A stretch of 64,000 nucleotides of DNA from an uncultured virus (IMG/VR IMGVR_UViG_3300025697_000015). Its lineage: Duplodnaviria > Heunggongvirae > Uroviricota > Caudoviricetes. The stretch is taken from IMG/VR virus record IMGVR_UViG_3300025697_000015. The stretch is one strand, 5' to 3'. The notes under the pieces are model-generated. The model was not told the DNA's origin. It made no database searches and saw only the letters and a program-made list of their open reading frames with translations. Shown in pieces: positions 37,900 through 47,290 of this stretch (its first letter is position 1; the number at the start of each line of letters is the position of its first letter). Made by a program: the position numbers and the translations under genes.

Positions 37900-38341
37900 A
37901 ATTTCTCCTAAACATTATTAAGGGTAAAATAAATCCGATCATGTAAAACACCATATCATAATAGCAAAAAAAGCCATTAATGATTTTAACTGATTGTAAT
38001 AACTCAGACCCTATACCTAGAACTACTGGGGTCAGTATCCAAAATAAAGCAGTAATACGTTTCCAATTATTTTTCCATATTACCAACATTAAATAAGTAG
38101 CTGAATAAACCCATATCCCATCAGGTAAGGAATATAGAACAAGTGATGGGATCTGTTCTTTCCATCCAGCTACCAAGTTTCGTAGTATCAGGGTAGTCTC
38201 TAAAAGTGAAACCTCACGAATCCAAGAAAAAACAATTAAGTTTTCTTTACGGAACAAAATATAAATACAGGCACCAACACAAACAGGTAAAACTACATGT
38301 AAAAGAACACCCCTAATTTCAGCCTTCATTTCCATTATCAA
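37874..38341 (-). CDS. integral membrane protein
   Basis: About 4 hydrophobic segments; YSLPDGIW. Confidence 0.7.
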   Translation of the reverse strand: MIMEMKAEIRGVLLHVVLPVCVGACIYILFRKENLIVFSWIREVSLLETTLILRNLVAGWKEQIPSLVLYSLPDGIWVYSATYLMLVIWKNNWKRITALFWILTPVVLGIGSELLQSVKIINGFFCYYDMVFYMIGFILPLIMFRRNYENQEIIV

Positions 38342-38378
38342 TTCACCTTCTAATTCCTGGATTGGCCCTATTGGGTTT

Positions 38379-39689
38379 TTATCTCTTTTCCTTCTTAGCC
38401 TGTATTAAATCTCTTTTTATTTTCTTGCAATCATCCAGTCCGCCATCACAACATTTTAGACAACAAGAACCAGCCATCTCTGAAGTTGCAAATATTAAAG
38501 AAATATAATAGTCACTACCCCGGAGGGGTAGGTTTTTTGCTCTTTTTCGTAAATCTCTAAATGGCTGGATATATTTTTTCATTTTATTATTACATTGTTG
38601 TATGAGTTTATAATTAAAGCCCTCTGAACGGTGGTGCCGTATTTTTTCTACCTCATTAGATGATCCTATTTTAACATACCTCATTAAACTCTTGTAGATT
38701 TTATCAGCCTCCCTATCGGAATCTCTTTTAGCTTTTCTTTCTACTTTAGCAGCAGCTTTCTTGCTTATTCCTACAAAGAAACTTCCTGCTTTTTTTACGG
38801 TAAAGATATCAAAACCTTTGTCAATAAGTTTACCTCTGAGGTTTTGTCCCTCATCACCAATAATCTTCTTCACTTTACTAGACTGGTGACTAAGATACAT
38901 CGAAACATCAATAATGTAAAGTCCCGTAGGAAGTGAGCTTGATACATACCCTTCAAAAGGCTCTGCTTTAAAATGATAGCCTACAACTTTAACATCAAAT
39001 TGGTTGCCTGTGTATCTATAAGATGATTTACTATCTATAGAAACTGTGAGTTTTGTACCGTCAGGTAAATTTGTAGTTCCAGAAACGTAGGCTCTGTTCC
39101 CATTCTTTATGTCCACTTTGAATTTTATTTCAACTCTTTTAGATAAAGGAGGCATGTCTTTAGGAAGTTCAGATACCTGTTTTGGGGGTGCTGTGTTTGT
39201 ATTTAAGAAAATACCCTGTTCATAATCTTCATTAGTTATTGCTTTTTCAGTCACCTCTAAATTACTGTCTTGTTGTTTTTCCTCTAAATACGGGAAACCT
39301 ACACTAAATAATGTAAGTAATATAAAAATGGAAAAAACAGCAGTGCCAATTAAATTAATCCTGTCACTGATAGGATCAACCTTCACGTCATGGGTAATAT
39401 TGACATTAGTTATAACTTTACTAAATTCTTCTACAAACCTTAATAAATCCCCTCTGTTTTGTTCTCTGATATCCCAAACAGAATTACCCTTAAAATGAAA
39501 CAAAGCTTTACCTTTATCATAATTATAAAAGTTTACCTTGAAAAAATCTGAAAGGTATCCTAAATCCCTTCTCATTTTTAAAGGTGTTTCCACAAAGACT
39601 TTCCCATCCTGAACTTTAATGATCCCTGTTACTATTAAAGAACCTTTATAAGCATCCACCCTTGGACCTTCTAATTCATAATAAGACAT
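38379..39689 (-). CDS. membrane-anchored hypothetical protein
   Basis: One TM segment; GTTNLPDGT Ig-like segment. Confidence 0.7.
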   Translation of the reverse strand: MSYYELEGPRVDAYKGSLIVTGIIKVQDGKVFVETPLKMRRDLGYLSDFFKVNFYNYDKGKALFHFKGNSVWDIREQNRGDLLRFVEEFSKVITNVNITHDVKVDPISDRINLIGTAVFSIFILLTLFSVGFPYLEEKQQDSNLEVTEKAITNEDYEQGIFLNTNTAPPKQVSELPKDMPPLSKRVEIKFKVDIKNGNRAYVSGTTNLPDGTKLTVSIDSKSSYRYTGNQFDVKVVGYHFKAEPFEGYVSSSLPTGLYIIDVSMYLSHQSSKVKKIIGDEGQNLRGKLIDKGFDIFTVKKAGSFFVGISKKAAAKVERKAKRDSDREADKIYKSLMRYVKIGSSNEVEKIRHHRSEGFNYKLIQQCNNKMKKYIQPFRDLRKRAKNLPLRGSDYYISLIFATSEMAGSCCLKCCDGGLDDCKKIKRDLIQAKKEKR

Positions 39690-39704
39690 TTTACAGTTCC
39701 TTAT

Positions 39705-40214
39705 TTAACCTTTCATCATATAAACAGCATCAAGGAAGTTGTTGTCGGATTCCTCAGATATAACGTCCTGAGATGCTACATTGACATATTTAAACTTACC
39801 ACAGACTACTTTACCACCAATGAGGAATCTATTATCTTTAAGATACTCAACCTCATAATATGTATGTTGTCGGCAGTTAATCAGCACCTCTGCTCTGTTA
39901 AAGGCTTCGTCTTCCGTTTTGTAAGGGCCGTAAAACTTACCCCCTTTGCAGACCAAGAATACCTTGAATACTGCAGGAGGTTTCTCATCTCGAAGTTCTC
40001 CTAAAACACAACCGAATGTGCCACAGGTGGTGATTACAAGATCAACTTCTATATGATCGATATCAGGCATCTTTGAACACTCAGCATCATAGTCAGACCA
40101 GTCATAAGGCTCATCTGTTTTGTGATTTTTCCGCCACGTCTCCCAGTTTTCAGGTATATCCCAAAATTTACAATGTAAACAAGGGACTACTGCTATATAA
40201 TGATTTTTAGGCAT
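39705..40214 (-). CDS. hypothetical Cys-rich protein
   Basis: Packed ORF. Confidence 0.6.
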   Translation of the reverse strand: MPKNHYIAVVPCLHCKFWDIPENWETWRKNHKTDEPYDWSDYDAECSKMPDIDHIEVDLVITTCGTFGCVLGELRDEKPPAVFKVFLVCKGGKFYGPYKTEDEAFNRAEVLINCRQHTYYEVEYLKDNRFLIGGKVVCGKFKYVNVASQDVISEESDNNFLDAVYMMKG

Positions 40215-40581
40215 TGATAACCTCCCGATTGGTTTTCTCTATCCATCTAATTTCTCTTGGGCACAAAGGAAGCCAGTTCTGGTGATCAACACAGCAATCA
40301 ATATGGTCTTTAGCATTCTTGATAGAACTATAATCATCAATGCAACTACCACCAGTAAATAAGCTACTGTAACCGGTAGCAGTTTTCTTGATTGGGATTG
40401 AACCTTTATACTGCACAGTATAGAAACCCTTTTTATCTTGAGGCTCACTCCACCCATGACCAGAGATAGGGTTTTTGAAATGTTTAGAATTCTTCCAAGC
40501 CTGGTGAATCCCATACCCTCTGTATTCAAGGTGTCCCTTCTCGTTGAATTCCTGAATGTCTTTTTCTTCTTGTTCGGTCAT
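40207..40581 (-). CDS. hypothetical protein
   Basis: Packed ORF. Confidence 0.6.
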   Translation of the reverse strand: MTEQEEKDIQEFNEKGHLEYRGYGIHQAWKNSKHFKNPISGHGWSEPQDKKGFYTVQYKGSIPIKKTATGYSSLFTGGSCIDDYSSIKNAKDHIDCCVDHQNWLPLCPREIRWIEKTNREVINA

Positions 40582-40583
40582 AG

Positions 40584-40991
40584 TTATTCCCCCTTCTCAA
40601 ATACAAAAGGTTCTTTACGGTACTCTGCTTGGAACCACTGCTTCCCAGCATCTCCAAGCTCATCATACCCTTTTTTCATTTTACGGAACAGTTCAAGAGC
40701 CTTTGCAACATCCTTTGTCTCTCGTTCTGTTTTAATAGTTTCTTTTACTGAAACTAGATACTTTTCCACGTCCTCAAGACATTTCACAGGGGTCTTAAGT
40801 GTTGCAAATTCATAAAGATCGATACAATCACCATTAGGGTTAGTTCCTACATAACATTGTTTACAGTAACCTTTTTTATATTTTAAATCCCAGAAAGTGT
40901 TATACATCACACCTTTGAAACGAATAGCCTTTGGGAAATGCTTTTTAACACATTTTTCAATCTGTTCTTCAGTTAACTTATTGCTACTCAT
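40584..40991 (-). CDS. hypothetical protein
   Basis: SD AAGGAG; below a class-I motif. Confidence 0.7.
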   Translation of the reverse strand: MSSNKLTEEQIEKCVKKHFPKAIRFKGVMYNTFWDLKYKKGYCKQCYVGTNPNGDCIDLYEFATLKTPVKCLEDVEKYLVSVKETIKTERETKDVAKALELFRKMKKGYDELGDAGKQWFQAEYRKEPFVFEKGE

Positions 40992-41031
40992 TGTCTTGCT
41001 CCTTATCTCAGTTGTCAGTGTCTTCTTACTT

Positions 41032-41060
41032 CAACAACCCACAATAAAGAGAAACTAAGC
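41032..41060 (-). promoter_or_regulatory. class-I motif
   Basis: GCTTAGTTT-CTCTTTA-TTGTGGGTTGTTG. Confidence 0.75.
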
Positions 41061-41067
41061 CAGAAAA

Positions 41068-41292
41068 TCAAATATCTTCAACTTCTTTGAGATCCCAGTC
41101 TTCAATGATGTCGAAAATGTTCATGATAGGATATTTTTGAATCCTGCCTGTTGCAAACCGAACACAAAACAGGTCACCCTTCTGATAGGTAGTTGAAATT
41201 TTCTTCAAGCATATTGGGGAACTAGAGCTATGCATCCGAATCTGTATTTCCCCTAACATAACCAGACTTGTAGTCTTCACTCCTTTAGCCAT
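41068..41292 (-). CDS. hypothetical protein
   Basis: SD AGGAG. Confidence 0.6.
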   Translation of the reverse strand: MAKGVKTTSLVMLGEIQIRMHSSSSPICLKKISTTYQKGDLFCVRFATGRIQKYPIMNIFDIIEDWDLKEVEDI

Positions 41293-41301
41293 CTCTATCT
41301 C

Positions 41302-42489
41302 CTATTCGTGATAAAAAACGTCTGCCGGTAAAGCAGCCAGAATCATCCCCAGCGTAGACCAATCCGTCAGAGGGTTCGTCTCATCCAGCAATTCAGCCAG
41401 AGTGTAAACCTCAACGTAAGTTTGCTCGGTATCTTCTGCCACTCCGTGCATCTTACCGACTTCCTTCTTCAAAGCACCCATCTCAGGGATAGACAAGTTC
41501 ACAGCATACACATGAGCATGATGGGAACTCAAAGTGCCAGCCAGTTGCCGTACTCCCTTGAATTCCAATCTGTCAGCTTCAATAGCTACTCCCGTTTCTT
41601 CCTCAAATTCATGGACACCATTCTCACGAGGGTCAACTCCTGGTTTGAGGGAGCTTCCTCCGGGAACTTCACGGATGAAACAATCACCTACCGAAGCGGG
41701 TGATCGGAATTCCTTGACAATGGCAACCTCAACATTGTCCAAGACAGAGGTAGAAAGTCTGGTTGACGGCCAACAGTAAGCCACAATAGCAGAGATGTGA
41801 GGACGCATGATAACGATTTCATTGGTCTTATGACGATCTTCACTGGCAATGTAGACATCCACATGAATGGCCCACAAGAATAGACGGTCTTTCTTCTCAC
41901 CTACACGGAACTGCCAGACGACCTCAGCTCCATCCAACCGGTTACCAGCAGCCTTCTGAGCCTGTAACCATTCTTGGAAAGCAGGCTTCTCCCAAATCTC
42001 CATAGGAATATTACGTTCTCCGCCTGTTCGGGGAGCACCTTTGCCAATTTTCTTTATAGCAGCATCCACAGTTTCCTGAAGGGTATTGGATGTCGGAACA
42101 CCTTCCAGATCAGCAATGGTCTGAAGATATCTCATGCTGACGGCATCTTCTGGATAACCTAACACAACTTTGCCTGAATTGACCCATTTACCAAACTCAA
42201 AGTTGGTAGTGAGAGCCGGCATGTGTTTCATCTCTCGTGGTACCCAGAACAGGATAATGTCTGCCATGTTCATTGTGTCTCGTTCCCAGCTTACTTGGTC
42301 ATCGTAATCAGGCTTGACTCCGGGATTCGGATTGAACACGATACCATCATAGCCCGCTTCTTCTAGCAAACGGATTGCCTCTGGCCTCCAGTCCTCAGCA
42401 TTGTCATCACGAGGAGTTGGTCCAGCTAAGAAAATGGATTTGGTGAAAGTTTCTGGGACGGTGCCCTTCGGGGCTTGGATAATTTTCAT
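41302..42489 (-). CDS. nucleoside 2-deoxyribosyltransferase-like domain fused to a Nudix hydrolase
   Basis: SIFLAGPTPR..WR, FNP, Q.SWE, TNFEFG; Nudix box EVPGG...HEFEEETG. Confidence 0.85.
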   Translation of the reverse strand: MKIIQAPKGTVPETFTKSIFLAGPTPRDDNAEDWRPEAIRLLEEAGYDGIVFNPNPGVKPDYDDQVSWERDTMNMADIILFWVPREMKHMPALTTNFEFGKWVNSGKVVLGYPEDAVSMRYLQTIADLEGVPTSNTLQETVDAAIKKIGKGAPRTGGERNIPMEIWEKPAFQEWLQAQKAAGNRLDGAEVVWQFRVGEKKDRLFLWAIHVDVYIASEDRHKTNEIVIMRPHISAIVAYCWPSTRLSTSVLDNVEVAIVKEFRSPASVGDCFIREVPGGSSLKPGVDPRENGVHEFEEETGVAIEADRLEFKGVRQLAGTLSSHHAHVYAVNLSIPEMGALKKEVGKMHGVAEDTEQTYVEVYTLAELLDETNPLTDWSTLGMILAALPADVFYHE

Positions 42490-42981
42490 CTTATTTTCCT
42501 TAAAATAGTTAAATTTACATCTATAATACCCTAAAACAGCCGTATTGAAAAAGATAACCCCAATGGGTAGGGTTTCTTGAGGGGTTTGTCGTCAAAAACC
42601 CCATCACCCTTAATAAACACAAAGGGTAAGTTTCAACATACAGTACAACTTTCTCATAACATTTGCTTTTAAGGCAAAGAAACATCAATCTTCTGCACCG
42701 GTAGTTTTCAGCTAATCAAAGTTTTTCCCTAACTAAGGCAAACTTTGGCTGGAAAGTTTGCTTTAAGAAACTATTTTGCTCCGAAAGTTACTGTTTGTAA
42801 TGGTGTTTTTCTATTTTAGAACTTTTTCAAGGATTTTAAAGAAAGGATTTCCCTAACTGCTATTTTTAGGTTTGAAAACTACAATTTCGGGAGGAGACGC
42901 TCGAAAACAAAAGGTACAGGTAAACCCCCTTTTAGGAGAGTTTCCTTACCCTATTCCTATTCCCTTGATTTTCCTAGTGTT

Positions 42982-45594
42982 TTAGAACATGTCGAGGACT
43001 GAATCTTCGTCAGTAGAATCTGTTTTAGGAGCTTTGAGGTCAAGAACTCTCCTTTGAGCCAACTTTAAGTATTCAACATTGAGATCAATCCCAATGTAAT
43101 CACAGCCCAGTCGGAGAGCTACTAATCCTGTCGTCCCACTCCCAGAGAAAGGATCAAGGACAACACACCGTTTTATAGAAGGTTTAGGCTTCTCAGGTAC
43201 TTCAACATGAGAGAGCCAACCTTTCTTCACCCATAGTTCCAGGAGCTCTTGAGGGACTGGTCTAGCCCCACTGGAGTCAGTTCTAATGTAATGATCAAAA
43301 CTCTGTCCAGCCTCTTTGGCCATCTCTTGACGATATTCAGAATCTTTCAATTGTTCAGCATAAGCCCGCTGTTCATATTTCGTAATTAGTCGTCGGCCTT
43401 CATCCTCTCCTCGTGGTCTATTAAGCCCTGCCCTTCCCGTCTGTAATGTTGGGTCTGGACCAACTCTAACTCCTGTTGGAGTTTCAATAATATCCCATGA
43501 GTCGGGAGGATGATCCGAGCCACAGGAACAAGAAGGTTCCCATCCGACCGTTTCTCGTTGACGAACATTATTTAAGGGGCTGGCCGATTGACCTCGTTTG
43601 TGTCCAGCATCTCCGGACAGTTCTCCTACGATCCCTTTATCAATCATTTTGTCTTGATGCCAATCCCGACCCCCAGAAGTCTCTATGACACGTTTCCAAG
43701 ATGCACCACAGACTGCACAACAACCTCTCTCAGAAGTACCAGCCTTAATCATCAACTCGACAAGTTCAGGAGGCCATGTGGCAAAATGTGATCCGGGATA
43801 TGGTTTAGTTGTGATTATCCATACAGATCTACGGTTTTTACCACTTGATCCGGCAGGGTATCCCACTCTCAGACCAGAATGACCATTACGGGATGTGTAT
43901 CGGTCGGCTTTTCTAGGTTTATTTGGGTCACCCAACCCATGGAACTCCTGAGAAGGCAATTCCCGAATAGCATCCATATCACAAAAATACTTAGGGTTCT
44001 GGGTCAACATGAAAACATACTCATGAGATTTCGTACATCTATCTCTTACAGATTCCGGCATAGGGTTGGGCTTACTGTTATGAGTCAACACCCCAGAAGC
44101 TAATGCAAATGTATGAGGTTCATCAGCTACCCCTATATCATAAGTTTTTCTGCATCTACTTTTCCTGATTTTTACGATTTCATTTGGGTCTTTTTCATTG
44201 AAATGCCCACTTTTTTTAAAACGTATTTCTCCTCGGAATGAAGGGTAAGGGATATTACCGATTTTAGAAATAGAAGGTTTCAAAGTCAGATGTAAACCCA
44301 ATCGAGCAGTTAATGTTCGTAAATTTTGTTCCCAACTGTAATTCCTAGTGAACCCTAGTCTCCATCGGTTATTTTTTTCATCCCAATGACCATCACCTTC
44401 CAAGTAACCTTCTAATAAACTTGATAACCACTTATTGGAATGGCTCCAACATATAGGCTTTAAATATTTTGTTTTAGCATCTGTACCACCAAGATAGGTA
44501 TTCAACATAGCAATGATAATTTTGCCAAACACTTGGATGTTTTGACAATTTCCATAAATCTGACAGGCAGCAGTGCCACCAAAAAACTCGGCTATTTTTT
44601 TGATTCTTTCAAACCGAGCAGTTTCTTTCATATGACCAGAAATTTGTAATTTTTTACCTCGGTCTAATTTAGAACCTTCTGCTAAATACATCCCAATAAA
44701 CCAAGCAACATCTTCAGAAATTACGGGTGGGTTATGAGGTGTTTCAGGTTCAGGTAGAATTACAGACTGGAGTACGTCCCCAATGATTAAATCTTTAGTT
44801 TTCTTTAATCCTTTATTTGTAGGCCATTCATGATCAGGAGTACACCCCAGCCGTTCTCCTGAACGAAGAACTAATTCTATCTCATTTCCAGTCCTGTTAT
44901 TTTCAGACCATCCGAGAACTTGTGTCCATTTCTTGCCATTCCATAATTGAACTGTTGTCGGGCCTAACCTAGCTGCATCTCGTACCATCATAGGCATTTC
45001 ACCTTTTTGGGTTCTGGCATAAACCCAAACACCACCTGATAGACACCAGATAATGTCTGATCTAAGGTACCAGCCATCATCTTGGAGGGCTAAAGCTACT
45101 CTCCAAGGAATCCCTACCAAATCTTTGTCCTTCAAACCTTTGATGACATTACTTATAGGAGGACGCCATTCTTCTTTCCCCTCATACCCACCGGACATGA
45201 AAGAAGCATTCCCAGTCTTCATATCTCTTTGATGTCCTGACCCCCTATTACTGCTCTTGTAGTTCCCCCACGATCCTTTATAACTATCACCTAAATTTAG
45301 CCAAAGTGTTCCGTCAGGACGTAACACTCGACGAACCTCCTGCATGACCTCAACTATATGAGCCACAAACATCAAATGAGTCGGTTCCAGCCCTAGACAC
45401 CCTTCCCAACCATCATTCCATGTGGAGGGTTCGAGGCCATAGTCCCTCAAACCCCAGTACGGCGGAGAAGTGCAGACTGTGTGAACTGAGTTCTCTGGGA
45501 GCTCTTGTAGGGTTTTCCTGACATCCTGCCCATAATATAGGGAGGCTTTCGGAGGATTATCCCCTTGTGGTAATAATATAATCTCAGGTTTCAT
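42982..45594 (-). CDS. N4/N6 DNA methyltransferase (beta class), intein-containing
   Basis: TSPPYWGLRDY, DGTLWLNLGDSY, HFATWP, LDPFSGSGTT. Confidence 0.92.
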   Translation of the reverse strand: MKPEIILLPQGDNPPKASLYYGQDVRKTLQELPENSVHTVCTSPPYWGLRDYGLEPSTWNDGWEGCLGLEPTHLMFVAHIVEVMQEVRRVLRPDGTLWLNLGDSYKGSWGNYKSSNRGSGHQRDMKTGNASFMSGGYEGKEEWRPPISNVIKGLKDKDLVGIPWRVALALQDDGWYLRSDIIWCLSGGVWVYARTQKGEMPMMVRDAARLGPTTVQLWNGKKWTQVLGWSENNRTGNEIELVLRSGERLGCTPDHEWPTNKGLKKTKDLIIGDVLQSVILPEPETPHNPPVISEDVAWFIGMYLAEGSKLDRGKKLQISGHMKETARFERIKKIAEFFGGTAACQIYGNCQNIQVFGKIIIAMLNTYLGGTDAKTKYLKPICWSHSNKWLSSLLEGYLEGDGHWDEKNNRWRLGFTRNYSWEQNLRTLTARLGLHLTLKPSISKIGNIPYPSFRGEIRFKKSGHFNEKDPNEIVKIRKSRCRKTYDIGVADEPHTFALASGVLTHNSKPNPMPESVRDRCTKSHEYVFMLTQNPKYFCDMDAIRELPSQEFHGLGDPNKPRKADRYTSRNGHSGLRVGYPAGSSGKNRRSVWIITTKPYPGSHFATWPPELVELMIKAGTSERGCCAVCGASWKRVIETSGGRDWHQDKMIDKGIVGELSGDAGHKRGQSASPLNNVRQRETVGWEPSCSCGSDHPPDSWDIIETPTGVRVGPDPTLQTGRAGLNRPRGEDEGRRLITKYEQRAYAEQLKDSEYRQEMAKEAGQSFDHYIRTDSSGARPVPQELLELWVKKGWLSHVEVPEKPKPSIKRCVVLDPFSGSGTTGLVALRLGCDYIGIDLNVEYLKLAQRRVLDLKAPKTDSTDEDSVLDMF
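44077..45045 (-). mobile_element. intein (323 aa) with LAGLIDADG homing endonuclease
   Basis: Junctions DIIW|CLSGG and VLTHN|SKPNP; block B TPDHEW; IGMYLAEG and LEGYLEGDG; block F TYDIGV. Confidence 0.93.
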
Positions 45595-46634
45595 TAAAAT
45601 AAATCCAATACAGATTCCACAGGTAAAAGGACGACTCCTTGGATAGAAGCCATCACTGCCAAACCAATGTGCTTGGCTAAGGGGGGAGTAACTGAGTTTC
45701 CTATCTGACGATACTGCTGAGAAAACGACCCTGTGAAAACAAAATCATCAGGGAATCCCTGAAGTCTTGCACACTCAGGCACGGTCAATCGTCGAATGTA
45801 TCCTGGTATCTTAACCTTGGAAACATCCAGCTTTTCAATCTCAGAATGTAATTTCCGTATCCAGCTCTCAGCCGTCGGGTCATTCAAGAGGTTCTGTTCA
45901 ATGAGCGGAGTTCTATTCCCACCCATTGAGGCAACCAACGTACAAGAAGGTCTGTCAGGGTCAAGTGGCCTGCCTCCGTTGAACAACATCCCAGCATAGG
46001 GAGATTTCCGCATAATCGGAGTCGGAGATAGAGCAATCTTGGCCGAACACGTCAGTTTAACTGGGGGTTGTAAATCCTTAATGGCTTCCCGGACAGGAAT
46101 CTTTGTATTTATAGGGTCAGGGAACCAGATAGGAGCATCCAGAGACCCCAAGATGAAGAACCGTTCTCTTGATTGTGGTACGCCATAATCTTGACTGTTC
46201 AGTGTCTGAAATTTGACAGTGTAGCCGTTTTCTTTAAAGGTTCGGATCAAAGCATCATGAAGGATATTAAACTTTGGGTTGGTGGATAAGGCAGCCACGT
46301 TCTCCATAATGAAGTACCGAGGTTGTTTTTCAATCACGACCCGACAAAATTCCCAGACGAGCTGACTTCTCGGATCAGCCAGATCCATCTTTCCTGCTAC
46401 AGAGAATCCTTGGCAAGGTGGCCCACCAACAATGATATCACTGTCAGGGATATCATCAGATGAAATCTCCCTGATACTTTTACAAATGATATGGTCTCCA
46501 AGGTTCTGCCGGTACGTGTGGCAGGCTGCTTGGTCTATATCATTTGCCCAGATAGTTTCGAATCCTGCTTGGGAGAGTCCTAAGTCCATCCCCCCAGCCC
46601 CACTGAATAAAGATACGATACTGGGTTTTGTCAT
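45594..46634 (-). CDS. DNA cytosine-5 methyltransferase
   Basis: LFSGAGG, GGPPCQGFS, MENV, QSRER, RLQGFP, QIGNSV. Confidence 0.95.
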   Translation of the reverse strand: MTKPSIVSLFSGAGGMDLGLSQAGFETIWANDIDQAACHTYRQNLGDHIICKSIREISSDDIPDSDIIVGGPPCQGFSVAGKMDLADPRSQLVWEFCRVVIEKQPRYFIMENVAALSTNPKFNILHDALIRTFKENGYTVKFQTLNSQDYGVPQSRERFFILGSLDAPIWFPDPINTKIPVREAIKDLQPPVKLTCSAKIALSPTPIMRKSPYAGMLFNGGRPLDPDRPSCTLVASMGGNRTPLIEQNLLNDPTAESWIRKLHSEIEKLDVSKVKIPGYIRRLTVPECARLQGFPDDFVFTGSFSQQYRQIGNSVTPPLAKHIGLAVMASIQGVVLLPVESVLDLF

Positions 46635-47290
46635 TGTGTAAGGATTTCCCTACAATCATGCCAGATCATTTCAGCAAGTACTTCTGGAGCCAGAGTTGCA
46701 TTCACTGTCAGAACCTTAGTAGCCCCCAACTTTTCCTCTGCTTCAATGTAAGTATTATATCGAGAAACGACCCCTGTAAGGAAAGTTTCTTTTTCAAACA
46801 CACTGATTTCTCCACCTCTATTGAGGACTCTGGCCAGAGCTTCCTGAGCAGTGATCTTCAAATAGATAATGACATCAGGGACAAAAGACTGCTGGTCAAT
46901 GTTTTCAAGCCATTGCTGATCTTTAACATCCATACCTTGATAGGCATATGTACTCGGACTGTACCTGTCACAAATGACATGGGTACCGTTTTCCAGAGAT
47001 GGGAGGATCAGGGACTCAATGTGATCAAGCCTATCACCAGCAAACAGGAGAGCCAAGGCTTCCTGATTCAACTCTCGGGGGCTATCTACAGGAGGACTCC
47101 GCCTGAGTAAAGACAGTCGTTTATCCAAAATCTGTCGGATCATTGATCCCACTGGACCTGTGGAGGGTTCTGCAGTCAGACGAGCCAAAACCCCTAACTC
47201 TTGAAGGCGGGTGGCCAATAAAGTTGCTTGAGTGGTCGTCCCAGCTCCATCAATGCCTTCTATGACGATAAATTTCCCACGTTTGATCAT
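46631..47290 (-). CDS. tmk: thymidylate kinase
   Basis: IEGIDGAGTTTQ, EPS, LLFAGDR, CDRY..STYAYQ, PD. Confidence 0.92.
   Translation of the reverse strand: MIKRGKFIVIEGIDGAGTTTQATLLATRLQELGVLARLTAEPSTGPVGSMIRQILDKRLSLLRRSPPVDSPRELNQEALALLFAGDRLDHIESLILPSLENGTHVICDRYSPSTYAYQGMDVKDQQWLENIDQQSFVPDVIIYLKITAQEALARVLNRGGEISVFEKETFLTGVVSRYNTYIEAEEKLGATKVLTVNATLAPEVLAEMIWHDCREILTQ

Noticed and set aside
1884..41060. Class-I motif as CRISPR repeats or transposon ends
   Set aside because: Copies are kilobases apart, bipartite with a variable core and oriented toward gene starts; no array, cas gene or transposase is seen.
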